Source of the DNA: Spirogloea muscicola
Lineage: Eukaryota
Assembly (NCBI GenBank): GCA_009602725.1
Contig: WELB01000025.1
Location: 760,604 to 817,363, forward strand
Direction: 5' to 3'
Length of the DNA: 56,760 nt
Made by a program: the position numbers and the translations under genes. Below are positions 24,710 to 35,998 of the stretch, piece after piece; position 1 is the first letter of the stretch; each line of letters starts with the position of its first letter. Under the pieces are notes generated by a model. The model was given only the letters and a program-made list of their open reading frames with translations, searched no databases and was not told the DNA's origin.

Positions 24710-27620
24710 GGGCAGTGAAAAGAAGCAAGCGCGGCCAGATTAATTGGTGGCTGGGAGAGGCCAGCCCAAAAGAATGGACAAGGTCTGAAGGAGTCGGAGT
24801 GCTAAGGACTGAGACAGCAGTAAGCGAACTCTCAGTGAAAAGCGAGCCCGAAAAGAAAGCCACGATAGCCAGTGGCGGCCTGACTCAAGAGGAAAAGTGT
24901 AGAGTGCGCTTATCCAAACGTGGTGAAAAGCCAGACCCAAAAAGGTGGACAAGGGGACTGGCGAAGCGGCCGGGGAGCGGGGGCCCCACCCGATCCTGTC
25001 GGTGATCGCTCGCTTCTCTCAGCGGCGAGGGGCGCGCTCTCGTCGGCCGCTTCGGCGGGACGGCGGCGGGCGTGTTGGCCCCGGCTTGGGGCGGCAGGTT
25101 TGGCAACCACCCCCCCGCCAACAGCAGCGAAGAAGTGGCACTCCCAATTGGGGCAAGGGCTGTGAAAAGCCAGTCTTGCCGACAAGAGCCGCCGCCGCTT
25201 GGTGGTCGCATCCGCGGCGGCCAACCGCAAGCTCCTCGCCGAGCTCTGGCCCGCCGCCGCGTCCAGCCCAGCCCCTGGCGTGTGGCTGGCCTTCGCAGCC
25301 CTCGCGAGCAATTCCTTTGGAACAGCTTAGTGGCTATCCATTGTGTCCATTCTTTCTGAGCTGTGTCTCCTACAGCCCTCGCCTCCTTTGATAAAAAGAA
25401 AAGCAAGCGCGGCCAGATTTTGATAAACACGAGTGGCTCTCCCAAAAGAGAAGTGCGCGCCCATAGAGAAGAGGGGCTGGGGCTGCGAACAGCCAGCCCG
25501 AAAAGGGTTGACAAGGTCCGAAGGGGCCAAAAGCGCTGGCTCAAAGCTTGATTAGGATAGATCGCTTAGTAATTACGAGTGAGGAGCCGCAAATCCGAGA
25601 GACTAACAGCCGGAAAGCAATTCCCTGGACGAAAGCCAGAGGCTGCAGCTAGAGCACGGCCATAAAAAGCAGGTGCAACGAGTGGGCCATGGACTCCTGG
25701 AGGGAGGGTGGCGCATACGCATAGGTAGCGTGAGCTAGCAAGCCAGCGGCGTTGAAGTCAGCCTGCTCACCTGCTTACCTTTGGAAGAGCTGACTTCTAT
25801 TTCAGGACTCCGGCTCCTTCAGACCTTGTTCACTCCTTTTTGGCTGGCCTCTCACAGCCACCCGTCAATCTGGCTGCGGTTTCTGGTTTTCACAGCCCTC
25901 GGACCCCAGGACAAGTGCTAATTCTGGCCAGATCGCCGCGTCAGCCGCGTCGAGCGCGCCCGCAGTAGCCCGTCGTCCGCCCTCCTTCCCAGTGTGCGGC
26001 TGCTTAACAGGGATTGATGTTTACGGTTTGCGGAAGCTGCTTGACATTGCCCGACCTCGTTTGGGCTAGCCTTTCACAGCCCCCGCCCACATTTGAAGAG
26101 CTGGCTTTTTCAACAGCCCTCGCCCCCTTTGGATGAGTTTACTTTCTTTCTTATGCAATTCCCCTTCCCGACTTTCAAAACCTTTTTTGGCTTCTGCACG
26201 CTGGGCTTTCACAGCTTTCGCCCCTTCTGGCAAGAGCTGCTTCTTTCTCTTTCACAGCCATCGCCCCAATGCTCGGGATGAATTCACCTCTAGTGGGCTT
26301 AGGCCTTTCTCAGCCATTCCTTGGATGTAGGTAAGGCCTTGGAAGAGTATCTTCTCCTGACTCTTTTTGGACAAGCTCATCCTTCTGTGGTCTGGCTTTT
26401 CACGAAACAACTATATTTTAGCCCTCGCTCCCTTGGATGAGCTCGTTTCTCCTGTGAGTTCCTTTTGGGCTGGCTTGTCTCTGCCATTGCCCCCTTCTCG
26501 TTCCTTGTTCATTCTTGTGGGCTGGCTTTATCCTAGAGCCTTTCTCCTGGAATCCCGAAGCCCTGTGCCGACCACGTGGGTCCCACCCTCGGGCCGCCCT
26601 GATGTTCGCGCATCAGGAAGGCCTCAAGGAGCCCCGTCCTGGGATGGGAGCCCATCCGGGCTGGGCGGGCGGGCCGCGCAGTTGCAGCCGGTGGAGGAGC
26701 AGCCGCCCGGCGCTGCGGGAGGGCGGCAGAGGCGTAGCCCCATGGCCGGGCGGCGCAGCCCCATGGCCGACCTTTTCTTGGCCCTGTGCTTTCTGGTTGT
26801 TTTGGCCATACACCCCAGGCTTCCTGTCGAGGGCGGTCGGCAGGGCGCCCCCGCAGTCGAGGAGCGCTCGCGCGCGGGGGGCGGTGCCGCCATGGCCCGG
26901 AATAGCTGCCCCCGCTCCGCGCGCGCTGGGCAGAGCGGGTCATTCACGCCCGTCCCATGCCCCATCGGACGGGCCGACCGGTAGGAGGAGGCGTGGCCGG
27001 GGGATTCACCCCGGACCATGCTCCCTGGGGACACCCAGCTCCGCCGCCTCGTCATGACCGTCGGAAGAAGTGGCTCCTCAAACGGGGGCAAGTCGGAAGC
27101 GGTTCTCCTGCGTGGGGGGGACATGGGCCGAGCGTCGGGGCGGGGGGCCCCCGGCCGGCGCGGAGGCAGCCCCGGCGCCGGGTTGGGCCACAAGGGCGGC
27201 GNCCGCCCACCTTGTCCCCCCCGCCATGGAATGTGAATTGAGCGATACAGGGCCTGTGTGGCCAAGTGCAAGCCAAGTGGCAAGCATATTGGCGGACACC
27301 CACATTGGCGGACACCCTCTCCTCCCTTCTTTGGCTCCTTCGAACGCTGTCCATCATCCAGCATCGTTTATCTGATCTGGGCTGGTCAAAGTCACAGCCA
27401 TCGCCCTCTACTTGGGATAGTTTACCGGCAGCTAGTCTGTCGGATGTGAGGCTCCTCACTCGTAACTACTAAGTGGTCCATCCTCCCCCGTTCTGCCATA
27501 GCCTCTTCAGGCCCCGCAGTCGCTGCTCAGCTCGTAGTTTGGCCCCTTCGAACCTTGTCAATTCTTTTCGGGCTGGCTTCTCACAGCCCCTTGCCCCCAT
27601 TGGGAGAGCCACTTCTTCCT
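24710..27620. repeat. Cluster of diverged copies of a dispersed ~50-110 bp intergenic repeat (core GGCTGTGAAAAGCCAGCCC..AAAAGAAT(G/T)GACAAGGTC)
   Basis: + copies near 24710-24803, 24925-24955, 25130-25175 and 25430-25530; inverted copies near 25805-25900, 26065-26270, 26380-26530, 27375-27420 and 27545-27620. The 27549-27620 copy is nearly the exact reverse complement of 52206-52276. Confidence 0.8.
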
Positions 27621-28383
27621 CTACTGGAAGAGTCTGTCCTCTCCTCCCGCCATTCGCTGCTGCTCGCCCCTCCGCCCGCTCTGCCTGCCTAAAGCCCTGT
27701 GGATCCCCTCCCTGATACAGTATTGAACGCCCTCTGTATTCACCTGGCTGGCCGTCATAGCCGCTGTTAAGACATCAGCATCCGCATTCGTCTTGCTCGC
27801 CCTCGGCCCTCGTACCTCCCCCAGGCCCTCCCCTCCGTCCCGCCCGCCTATGTGCACTTCCTCCTTCCCCGTCCCATCCGCTGTCGCAGTCGCCAGTGCG
27901 AGCAAGACGAGAAGCCGCAGTTGCCGCTGCCGGTTCTCTCGCGCAGCCCCCCACCTCCTCGGCTCTCCCAGCCGGCCCTCGAAGGCCTCGGCAGCCGCTC
28001 CGCCGCCTGCTGGCGCCGCTGCCGCCGTCGCCGCCGCTGCTCGCTCTACGAGCTCGCCGGCCGCCGGCGCCTTCTCTCGGTGCGGGAGGCTCTCGGCAGC
28101 CCGACCCACCTGCGCCGGGCGCCCTCCTTGGTGCACGAAGAGCTCGGGGCCGGGCACCGTCGCGGGCAGCGGTTGTGCAGCTTCTCGCCCTTCTCTGCAG
28201 CCCGAGGGTTGCGACCTTTGGCGGAAGCCCAGCGCCCCGGCTCGTCCCTACTAGGTGAACGAGTGCAGCTTCTGGAGCTAATACTGGGGGAGCTGCGGAC
28301 TGTAGGCAGTCTCCAGCACCAGGTGGCTGCCCATGAGGCTGTTCTAGAGCTGGGCTGATGTGCTCAGTGGAGCAAAGCACAAG

Positions 28384-31300
28384 ATGAGCAAGTGGGTGCG
28401 GCAGGTCCCAAGGCACGGGGCCGCCGTGGCCACCACACGGTGGTGCAGCAGGCCAGCTCGCGGAGCGCTGCTTCTGGCCGCTCTGCTTCTCTGTGGGCTT
28501 GTTGAGACCAACTCACACAAAGCCATCTACCCGATTCGCAGCAGGTGAACGCCTTACTCAGAACAATGTGCTCTAACTTCGTTCAGATCGTTTTGTCAGG
28601 TCTTGCAGCGCCACCCCTTTCCTCTTCTCCGTCCTGGCCGCCGCTTTGTGGCCCCTAAAACCCTCTTGTATCTGTTACATTTTCTGAGATATCTGCTTGC
28701 CCCTCGCCCTTTCAGTTTCCTCCTGTCCAGTCCTCACCCCTTTCCCTCCCTCTGAAATTGGCACCTGACCAGAGCCTCTAGGGTGTGCGTGGCGCAGAAG
28801 CAAAGCTTCCAAAGTGGCCTTCCGGGCTGCCCAGAAGAGCAAGGAGCCCGAGGACAGCAAGTCCGAGCTCTATGCTGGCAGTAGCAATGACACAGGCTTC
28901 ACTGCTCAGGGGATGGACTACCAAGGCGGGCCTGTCATGGTGGCAGGTACCTCCCAGAAACTCCGCTTGCTGCGGGCTGCATGGCCGGCAGTCTGCCTGC
29001 TGCACCGAAGTCTGGCCAAAGGAAGTGGGTGACTGGAAGCGGCAGTGTGTGGCCACCTGCAGGATGCTGCAGTATGTCCTTTTCTGAGTTTCTCACACAG
29101 GAGCGACAAGAAGTCCTTTAATACGACCGACTGCTTTCCTCCCAATCTGCAGACCTATCGGTGTACATAATATGGTACGGCGCCTGGCCAAATAGCTCGA
29201 AGCTGGCTCCCATCCGAAACTTTATAGCTGCTTGCAGCAGCGATGGAGGGACGCAGCCGAGCCCGAGTGCAAAAGACTGGTGGAGGGTGAGGCCAGCTTC
29301 TTCTGAGATTCTCAGTGCTCTATGTTGAGCTCCCTAAACGTAGAGGCAGACACAAGACACAGTATAAGGCTGGTGTGTACACTGTATGTGTACACTGTAT
29401 GTGTAAGTGTACACTTTCTGACAAGTAGGTCCAGAGTCACCTATCAACCAGAGAAAGTGACTAAGCTCACGATCCTCCCGACCTTGTGCAGCTGGCTGCC
29501 CTGTATCAGGATGGCAATGGCCAAAAGGTCACCTCTCATTTGACATTGAAGAACGAAACCTATGATTCCTACTCTCAAGGAGCTAGCTTAATGAATGGCG
29601 TCTTCCCTATAGTTCAAAGGTAATTGTATAGTCCTGTTTTCCCCTTATACAGAGAGAAAGCGAAGGTCTTGTTACACTGCTTTCATTGCAAAGAGCACAA
29701 CCTTGTCGCTAGCGCTACGATTAATGAACTTCAGGGGTATGATATATGTGACCAACTGCGCATGAAATTGAGCACAAAGTAGAATGCCCACATGTTGTCA
29801 TGCTCCAAGTATGGCATGCTCACTTATTGCTGGCTCTTTCTTACCAGGGCGTTGGATTTGAAGGTGCTCCCAGTAGATGCGAACGGGGTGTACGTTGTGA
29901 TCACCAGGTCAGTCTGCCTCTTCAAGTGATTCATGCGTGCCAGGACATGTTTGCCTGCTTTCCGGCTATAGGTGGCAAAAAGTACTGACAGTCATCAACT
30001 TCCAATCCCTATACCTTTGCAGCAAGGACGTTGCAGAAGGAGCCTTCTGTAGCGCATATTGTGGCTACCACGATGCCACGACCTACATAGCAGCGGGCAA
30101 ATCAACTGCTATCAAGTGTAAGTTGGCAGATCAAACTTTGTAATTGAGTGCCTTATTAGCATGAGAACTGTGTCAACTCCATGACTGACTGTTGTATCTC
30201 CTCTTGGGGTGCTGGCAGTTGCATTCATGGGAGACTCCTCATCAACCCCTGACTGCCTTTACGGCTGCGCACCGATCGGGATCGTGGACGGCACCACAAC
30301 TTCGCCTAGCGGTGACCAGGGCATTGACGGCATTGTCAACATTCTGGGTCACGAATTGGCAGAGGCTGCGACGGACCCCATCCCGGGTACAGGGTGGAGC
30401 ATCCAGGACGGCGGTCCAAACCAAGGCGCAGAGGTTGCAGGTGCGTTGCCATTGCTTGTAGCGGCAATCGAGCTGCTCCAGCTCACGGACATGCACGCAC
30501 TTGCAATGCTGCGGAGTATTGTGTCGCCGTCCACCCTTCATTGGGCAGCGTCATTCGTCTTGCAGACCTCTGCGCGTGGCAATTCGGAACCACGGACCAG
30601 GTCCGCACGGCACGCTCGTCGGGCGGGTCGTACGCGTACAACCTGCAAGGGCCGTCCGGCCAGAAGTACATGGTACAAATCTTGTGGGACCCACTGCGAG
30701 GCGACTGCGAGCTGACAGTGAGTGTGCCTCTTACGCAGCTGCCAGTCATGCTGAAGGCATGCATCAGGCTCATGCAGACTCTAAGAAGTTGCCATGACTG
30801 ATGCTCGACCTCATACGGAGCACGGACGACTTGCTTTGGCGTTGGCTTCGCAGGCGCAGAGCCAGCCCCCACCGGCTCCGTCTCCTCCCCCCTTCCCTCC
30901 TCCCTTCCCTCCTCCACGCACTCCTTCTCCCGCAGCCCCCAGCGCGCCGCTCAATAGCAAGCCGCCGCCATCCCCTCGGCCACCGCCGCCGCCACGCTCG
31001 CCGCCGCCACCGCGCCCGCCGCCGCCGCNNNNNNNNNNNNNNNNNNNNNNNNNNNNNNNNNNNNNNNNNNNNNNNNNNNNNNNNNNNNNNNNNNNNNNNN
31101 NNNNNNNNNNNNNNNNNNNNNNNNNNNNNNNNNNNNNNNNNNNNNNNNNNNNNNNNNNNNNNNNNNNNNNNNNNNNNNNNNNNNNNNNNNNNNNNNNNNN
31201 NNNNNNNNNNNNNNNNNNNNNNNNNNNNNNNNNNNNNNNNNNNNNNNNNNNNNNNNNNNNNNNNNNNNNNNNNNNNNNNNNNNNNNNNNNNNNNNNNNNN

Positions 31301-32327
31301 NNNNNNNNNNNNNNNNNNNNNNNNNNNNNNNNNNNNNNNNNNNNNNNNNNNNNNNNNNNNNNNNNNNNNNNNNNNNNNNNNNNNNNNNNNNNNNNNNNNN
31401 NNNNNNNNNNNNNNNNNNNNNNNNNNNNNCCTCCTCCTCGCCCTCCTCCCACTTCGCCCCCCCCTCCACCACTGCCACGGCCGCCACCTCCGCCACCTCC
31501 ACACTCTCCTGTCACTTCACCGCCGCCGCCGCCGCCGCCTCCGCCGCCGCCCTCTCCTCCTCCACCTACGCCTCCTCCCCAGCTGCCGCCCCCACCTCCG
31601 AGTCCAGCCGTCCCCCCTCCTTCGCCAACACCAACTCCCTCTCCCGCGCCTCTGCCGCCGTCGCCCCCGCCTCCGGTGCCCCCCCCTCCGTCGCCATCGC
31701 CGCCCCCACCATCTCCTCCGCCACCCACGCCCCCACCTCCATCTCCGGCTCCACCTTCCCCAACTCCCACCGCCCCCTCAAGTCCCTCGACGCCGCCTCC
31801 AACGAATGCCAGCAGTCCGGGACAGCCTGGCGCTGCAACTTGCAATGCGGCCGCGGCGCCTGCCTCCAGCTCCTGCTGCACAAATACGGTGAGCAGCAAG
31901 CAGTACTCCTCAGTAAGCTTAGCCTGCTGCAAGGTATCGTTCAGCTGCATCGCTTCTAGTGCTGATTTGTATCGCTACATAGTAACGAACAGGCACAAAC
32001 TATTGCAGCCCAGCCTGCCAGGTGCTTCCACTTGACCTGACGGATGTTATGGTGGTGTTGCAGACTTCGGGCTTCGCTACCGCGTTTGATGATGCAACCT
32101 GCCAGTCCTTCTGCGTCTGTGTCAACGGCGTGGACGCCATGCGTGTCACATGCCCCAGCGGCACGATTTTCGACAGCACACGGCTCCTCTGCGCACCTCT
32201 AGACAGTGTGACCAACCCCTGCCCACGACTGGTGGTGGCAGCAGGTGTCCATCACACGCCAGCATTTCCACCAGTGAAGCCGCCGCCGCCACCACCACCA
32301 CACCACTATCACCACCACCACCAGTGA
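28384..32327 (+). CDS. EXORDIUM/Phi-1-like protein + long extensin-like stalk + Cys-rich CBM14-like domain + His-rich tail, copy 3
   Basis: Signal-like GALLLAALLLCGLVET; MDYQGGPVM, VYIIWYGAW, KDWWR, YDSYSQG, LPVDANGVYVVIT, FCSAYCGYH, SPSGDQGIDGIVNILGHELAEAATDP, EVADLCAWQF, QKYMVQILWDP; SP2-SP4/TP repeats 30866-31800 (containing a ~400-N gap); TCNA..CC|..FDDATCQSFCVCVNG..CPSGTIFD..C..CP; ends PPPHHYHHHHQ*. Confidence 0.87.
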
Positions 32328-33526
32328 AGCATCTGAACGCTCACCACGTCAAGAGGCCATGATCATGAGTACATCAAGTACGGACATGGCTTCTCTGATG
32401 CACTCACTCCTTTCTTTCTACAACCAACAGAGGCCCCTGAAGGGCCTCTGTTTCTTTCTGAGCTGGCCTCTCCCAGCCACCCCCCTCCCCTGGAAGCGTC
32501 TTTTCCTCAAGGGCATAGGCTGCTAGTTTAGAATAAGGTGACAGCATTGCCTGCCGATGACACCACAGCCGTGCCTCCTCAAGAGAGGTTCCCTGGGCCG
32601 CCGTGGTGTCCTCTGCAGCTTCTGATGAGCTTAGTGGACTGTAAATCGACTGCCAGCTTCTGAGCTTCCTTGGGCTCAAGCCCATCATTGCTGGCCGACA
32701 CGCAGGCAGTCATAGGGCAAACTAGACACTCTTTATAAAGTCGTGCTCTGCACTCCACATCTACTTACGGTGGAGAGAAAAGCAGCTGGCAAAAAGCAAG
32801 CTGCAATTAGCTTCTTACGATGTGGCTCTTAGTACTGGGCTGTCCAGCACCTTTGGAGCCTCGAGAAGGATGTGTTAGGAATGACATCCTTGATTGATTG
32901 TGAATACACAACTACACAACTACACAACTATATTTGATTTTGAATACCTCGAACATGTGCTTAGCATGATAGATATAGCATCATAAGGGGAATGTATGTG
33001 AGAGAAGCAGGCTTGATACAAGGCTTGGCTACATAGACAATGCATATCTGTAAGACCTGCGAACAGATTGTATGATAAAACCGTACAAGGCTTTTGAGTC
33101 GCTGGGAAGATCCACTACTTCTGTACAGGAATATGATAAGATGTACTGTAACAAGCGTTCTGCCATTCCTTGACAAGAAGAGAGGATAGACAGCAAGCAG
33201 TATATTGGAAAGAGCACAGCACAGTAGAGCGCAGTATTGGAGATAATTAAGGGGGACAACATGCATCCTAAAATCGTTACCCTCCAAGTTGCAATAGGCC
33301 ACTAGCATTGCTTAATTGCAATACTAGGGTACACTAATGAGAAACTGTCCACTGTTTTTCCGTCCAGCCAAGGTAAAAGCTCTCATAGGACGTCCACAAC
33401 ATCCTTGAGAAGCACCATTCTAAGACAACATGCTCAAGATCTGTAAGTCCCAGCCTGCAAGTGGGAGACAGAGGGCTTCAGCAGAGCGGGCCATGAACTC
33501 AGCGTGAGCCAGGTAAGGAGCGGCAC

Positions 33527-33630
33527 GCGAGCGGGTCAGAGATGGCAAAGTAGCAGTGACAGTGGTAACTTCAGCCGCCCGGAGGCCTGTCAGAAACACG
33601 GACCAAACTGCACTCATCATGCCCGCTCGC
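33527..33630 (-). ncRNA. U18: C/D-box snoRNA U18 (snR18/SNORD18 homolog)
   Basis: Minus strand: 9-bp terminal stem GCGAGCGGG/CCCGCTCGC, box C ATGATGA (33614-33620), guide TTGGTCCGTGTTT directly before D' CTGA (33590-33593), and box D CTGA (33536-33539). The guide is the known U18 antisense element, complementary to LSU rRNA GAAACACGGACCAA. Confidence 0.9.
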
Positions 33631-33844
33631 CCCCGCGAAAAGCCGACGACAGAAGGCGCTATGAGCACACACTCAGATGCCACAGCAGGCGCAACTGCAG
33701 CAGCAGCTCTCAAGTGACAGAGACGTATGGCAAGGCCAGCACGAATTGGGTTTGGAGCGTCAACAAAGTGGAGGTGAGGACAGTATTCTGGGTTGCTGGG
33801 GTTTGGGGTTTCTGACTTGGGTCGGAGAGGGGAGGAGGAAAGCT

Positions 33845-33931
33845 GGCGGGATCAGAAACAGCCTCATGGAGTCGTCAGCTAGTATGCATCAGTCTGGTAA
33901 CGGATGATGGTTTGCTTCATCACGTCCCGCC
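33845..33931 (-). ncRNA. C/D-box snoRNA with SNORD95(U95)-like D-box guide and a putative 18S D' guide
   Basis: Stem GGCGGGA/TCCCGCC, box C GTGATGA (33917-33923), internal CTGA, and box D CTGA (33852-33855) preceded by GAGGCTGTTT (antisense to LSU AACAGCCUC). Upstream TCATCCGTTACCA is antisense (one G-U pair) to 18S UGGUAACGGGUGA. Confidence 0.82.
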
Positions 33932-34449
33932 GGCCACTCCCGCGCTCAGGCACTCAATGACACGACTCACAAGGACTCGTGGCATAAGCCCCGGCTCGCG
34001 ATTGCTAGTCGCTCCGCAAGCGACTCGCAGCCAGACCCACAATGCCAACCTACTGGGCGTTGGCGAAACGAGGCCGACCTCGCCACACGGCGCACTCGCC
34101 TGTCCGAGTACCGGCTGGAGCTGCGTGACGGCGGTGTCACGTCTCGGCGATGGTCTGGCAAGCGCAGCCGCAGCAAGCACCGCAGCAACGGGTCAGGGTT
34201 TAAGGCGGAGGAGGGCCTGACGGTGTGGAAGCGAGGGAGCGCGCAATGCCACTGTGGCGGCCGTGCGATGGCTGTGGGCCGCCGCCAGTGGGGCCCAAGC
34301 CGCGGCAGCGGCGCTCTCGGGCCCCGTGGAGAGCGGCGGCCCGCCAGTTGTCTGGGCTGGCGCCGGCGAGCGCGCTCGCCGGCGGTTCTCTCTGCGGCGG
34401 GGGCTCCGGCGGCGGCGGCGGCATTCGCGGGGGCGCGCCCGCCGCGCCT

Positions 34450-34534
<85 letters not shown>

Positions 34535-35998
34535 NNNNNNNNNNNNNNNNNNNNNNNNNNNNNNNNNNNNNNNNNNNNNNNNNNNNNNNNNNNNNNNNNN
34601 NNNNNNNNNNNNNNNNNNNNNNGGCGCCGGCGCCGGCGCCGGCGGCGACGAAGCCCTTAAACCCTGGGAGCTCGAACGCCTCTCCTGGCCCCTTAAACCC
34701 TTTGTAGATTCTCTTTCTGAGATGGCCGATCACAGCCATCGCCCTCTGCTGGAAGAGTCTGTCTCTCCTGGGCTCTCCACGGACTCTCGCGCTATCATTG
34801 AGTCTACAGCGCTCCCAGGCACTCGCGATACACCAGCGTGCTGGTCGTGCATGAGCCCAGGCTAATGGCTTCCGTGGTGGTGGTTTGGCGCCTCAGTGTA
34901 GCATGTCAGCTATGCATGTGCTCACTCGGACATCTTAGTGTCCCCCTTAGCCAGCTCGTTACCCAGTTAACAGGACATTTGTAAGGCTAGAATTGGCCTC
35001 CATTTCAATTTCATGCGCACCGCGCGCCTTCTCTCACTCTCGGCTCCTTCTGACCTTGTTCAGCTCATCCTGTAGCTGATCGCCCACCATCGCTACATGA
35101 GCAAAGTTCCTCGCCACACTGGGCAGCCCAGGTCAACATCGGCCACAGGAACTTCCACAGCAGATGCCCGTTTGCAGCACGGCCAAGATCTGAAGAGGCA
35201 GATTGCCTGTGTGACATGCTGAAGAAGCATGCGGAAGCGGAAGAGGTGCATGACTCATATCTGCCCTGGGTAGCTGGGCGCGGCACAGCCGCAGCCCAAG
35301 GTGACGCGCACCTTTTGCGTCTCGCAGATTCGTCCTTCGCCTCTGTCACAATCTCGACCAGTTGTTTGCATGCATGCATTGTCTAGTGGGCCTCCTCTTC
35401 ATCATATGGCGCACACTCATCCCCATGTGAATGTGTTTGATCGCGTCCACTAGCGAAACAGCTCTTCCAACTGACAGCAGTGGCTGTGAGAGGCCAGCTT
35501 CCACTGGATCACCAGCTATCTGCAATTACTACAAAACACTTCTTGCAGATTCTCTCAAGCTGCAGACTGACAGGGCACACCAAGCTGGGACCTAGCTGAC
35601 CACCTGTTCACCTTTCCACCTTCACATGGTGAACAAAGTTTGGAGTGCTGAGTACTTGCTCAAATGACAACACAGTGGCGTGGACAGTGCCACCAAAAGT
35701 ATGACGCGCAAGGCCTGATCGATGGAAAAACCATCCATGCCCAATGGATTGCTTCCAGCTTGATGGCAATGTGCCAAAGTCCACAGAGCTAATTGAGCTG
35801 TTGTTGGTGCTAACTTCAAGCAGGCAATTCCTGTACACCATCCCTCTATTTGGGATGATGTATACCGTGAAGCTTGCAGAATGGGCACTAGTGTCTATCT
35901 ATTTCACTGTGCTGCGTGCATGGACTTGCTTACTTCTTGAGTGTCCTTGCTTCCCTCATGACCGCCAAGTATGGTCGCATGCCCACAGTCATTCTAGA

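Noticed and set aside
26316..26327. TTCCTTGGATGT matching the U14 / anti-18S element
   Set aside because: No C/D boxes are in position, and it lies within a degenerate copy of the dispersed repeat.
24700..27620. CRISPR-like array or transposase
   Set aside because: The repeats are diverged, irregularly spaced and in both orientations, the context is eukaryotic, and no cas, RT or DDE ORF is recognisable.
33290..33415. Two hairpins downstream of U18 as a possible H/ACA snoRNA
   Set aside because: No correctly placed H (ANANNA) or ACA box follows the stems.
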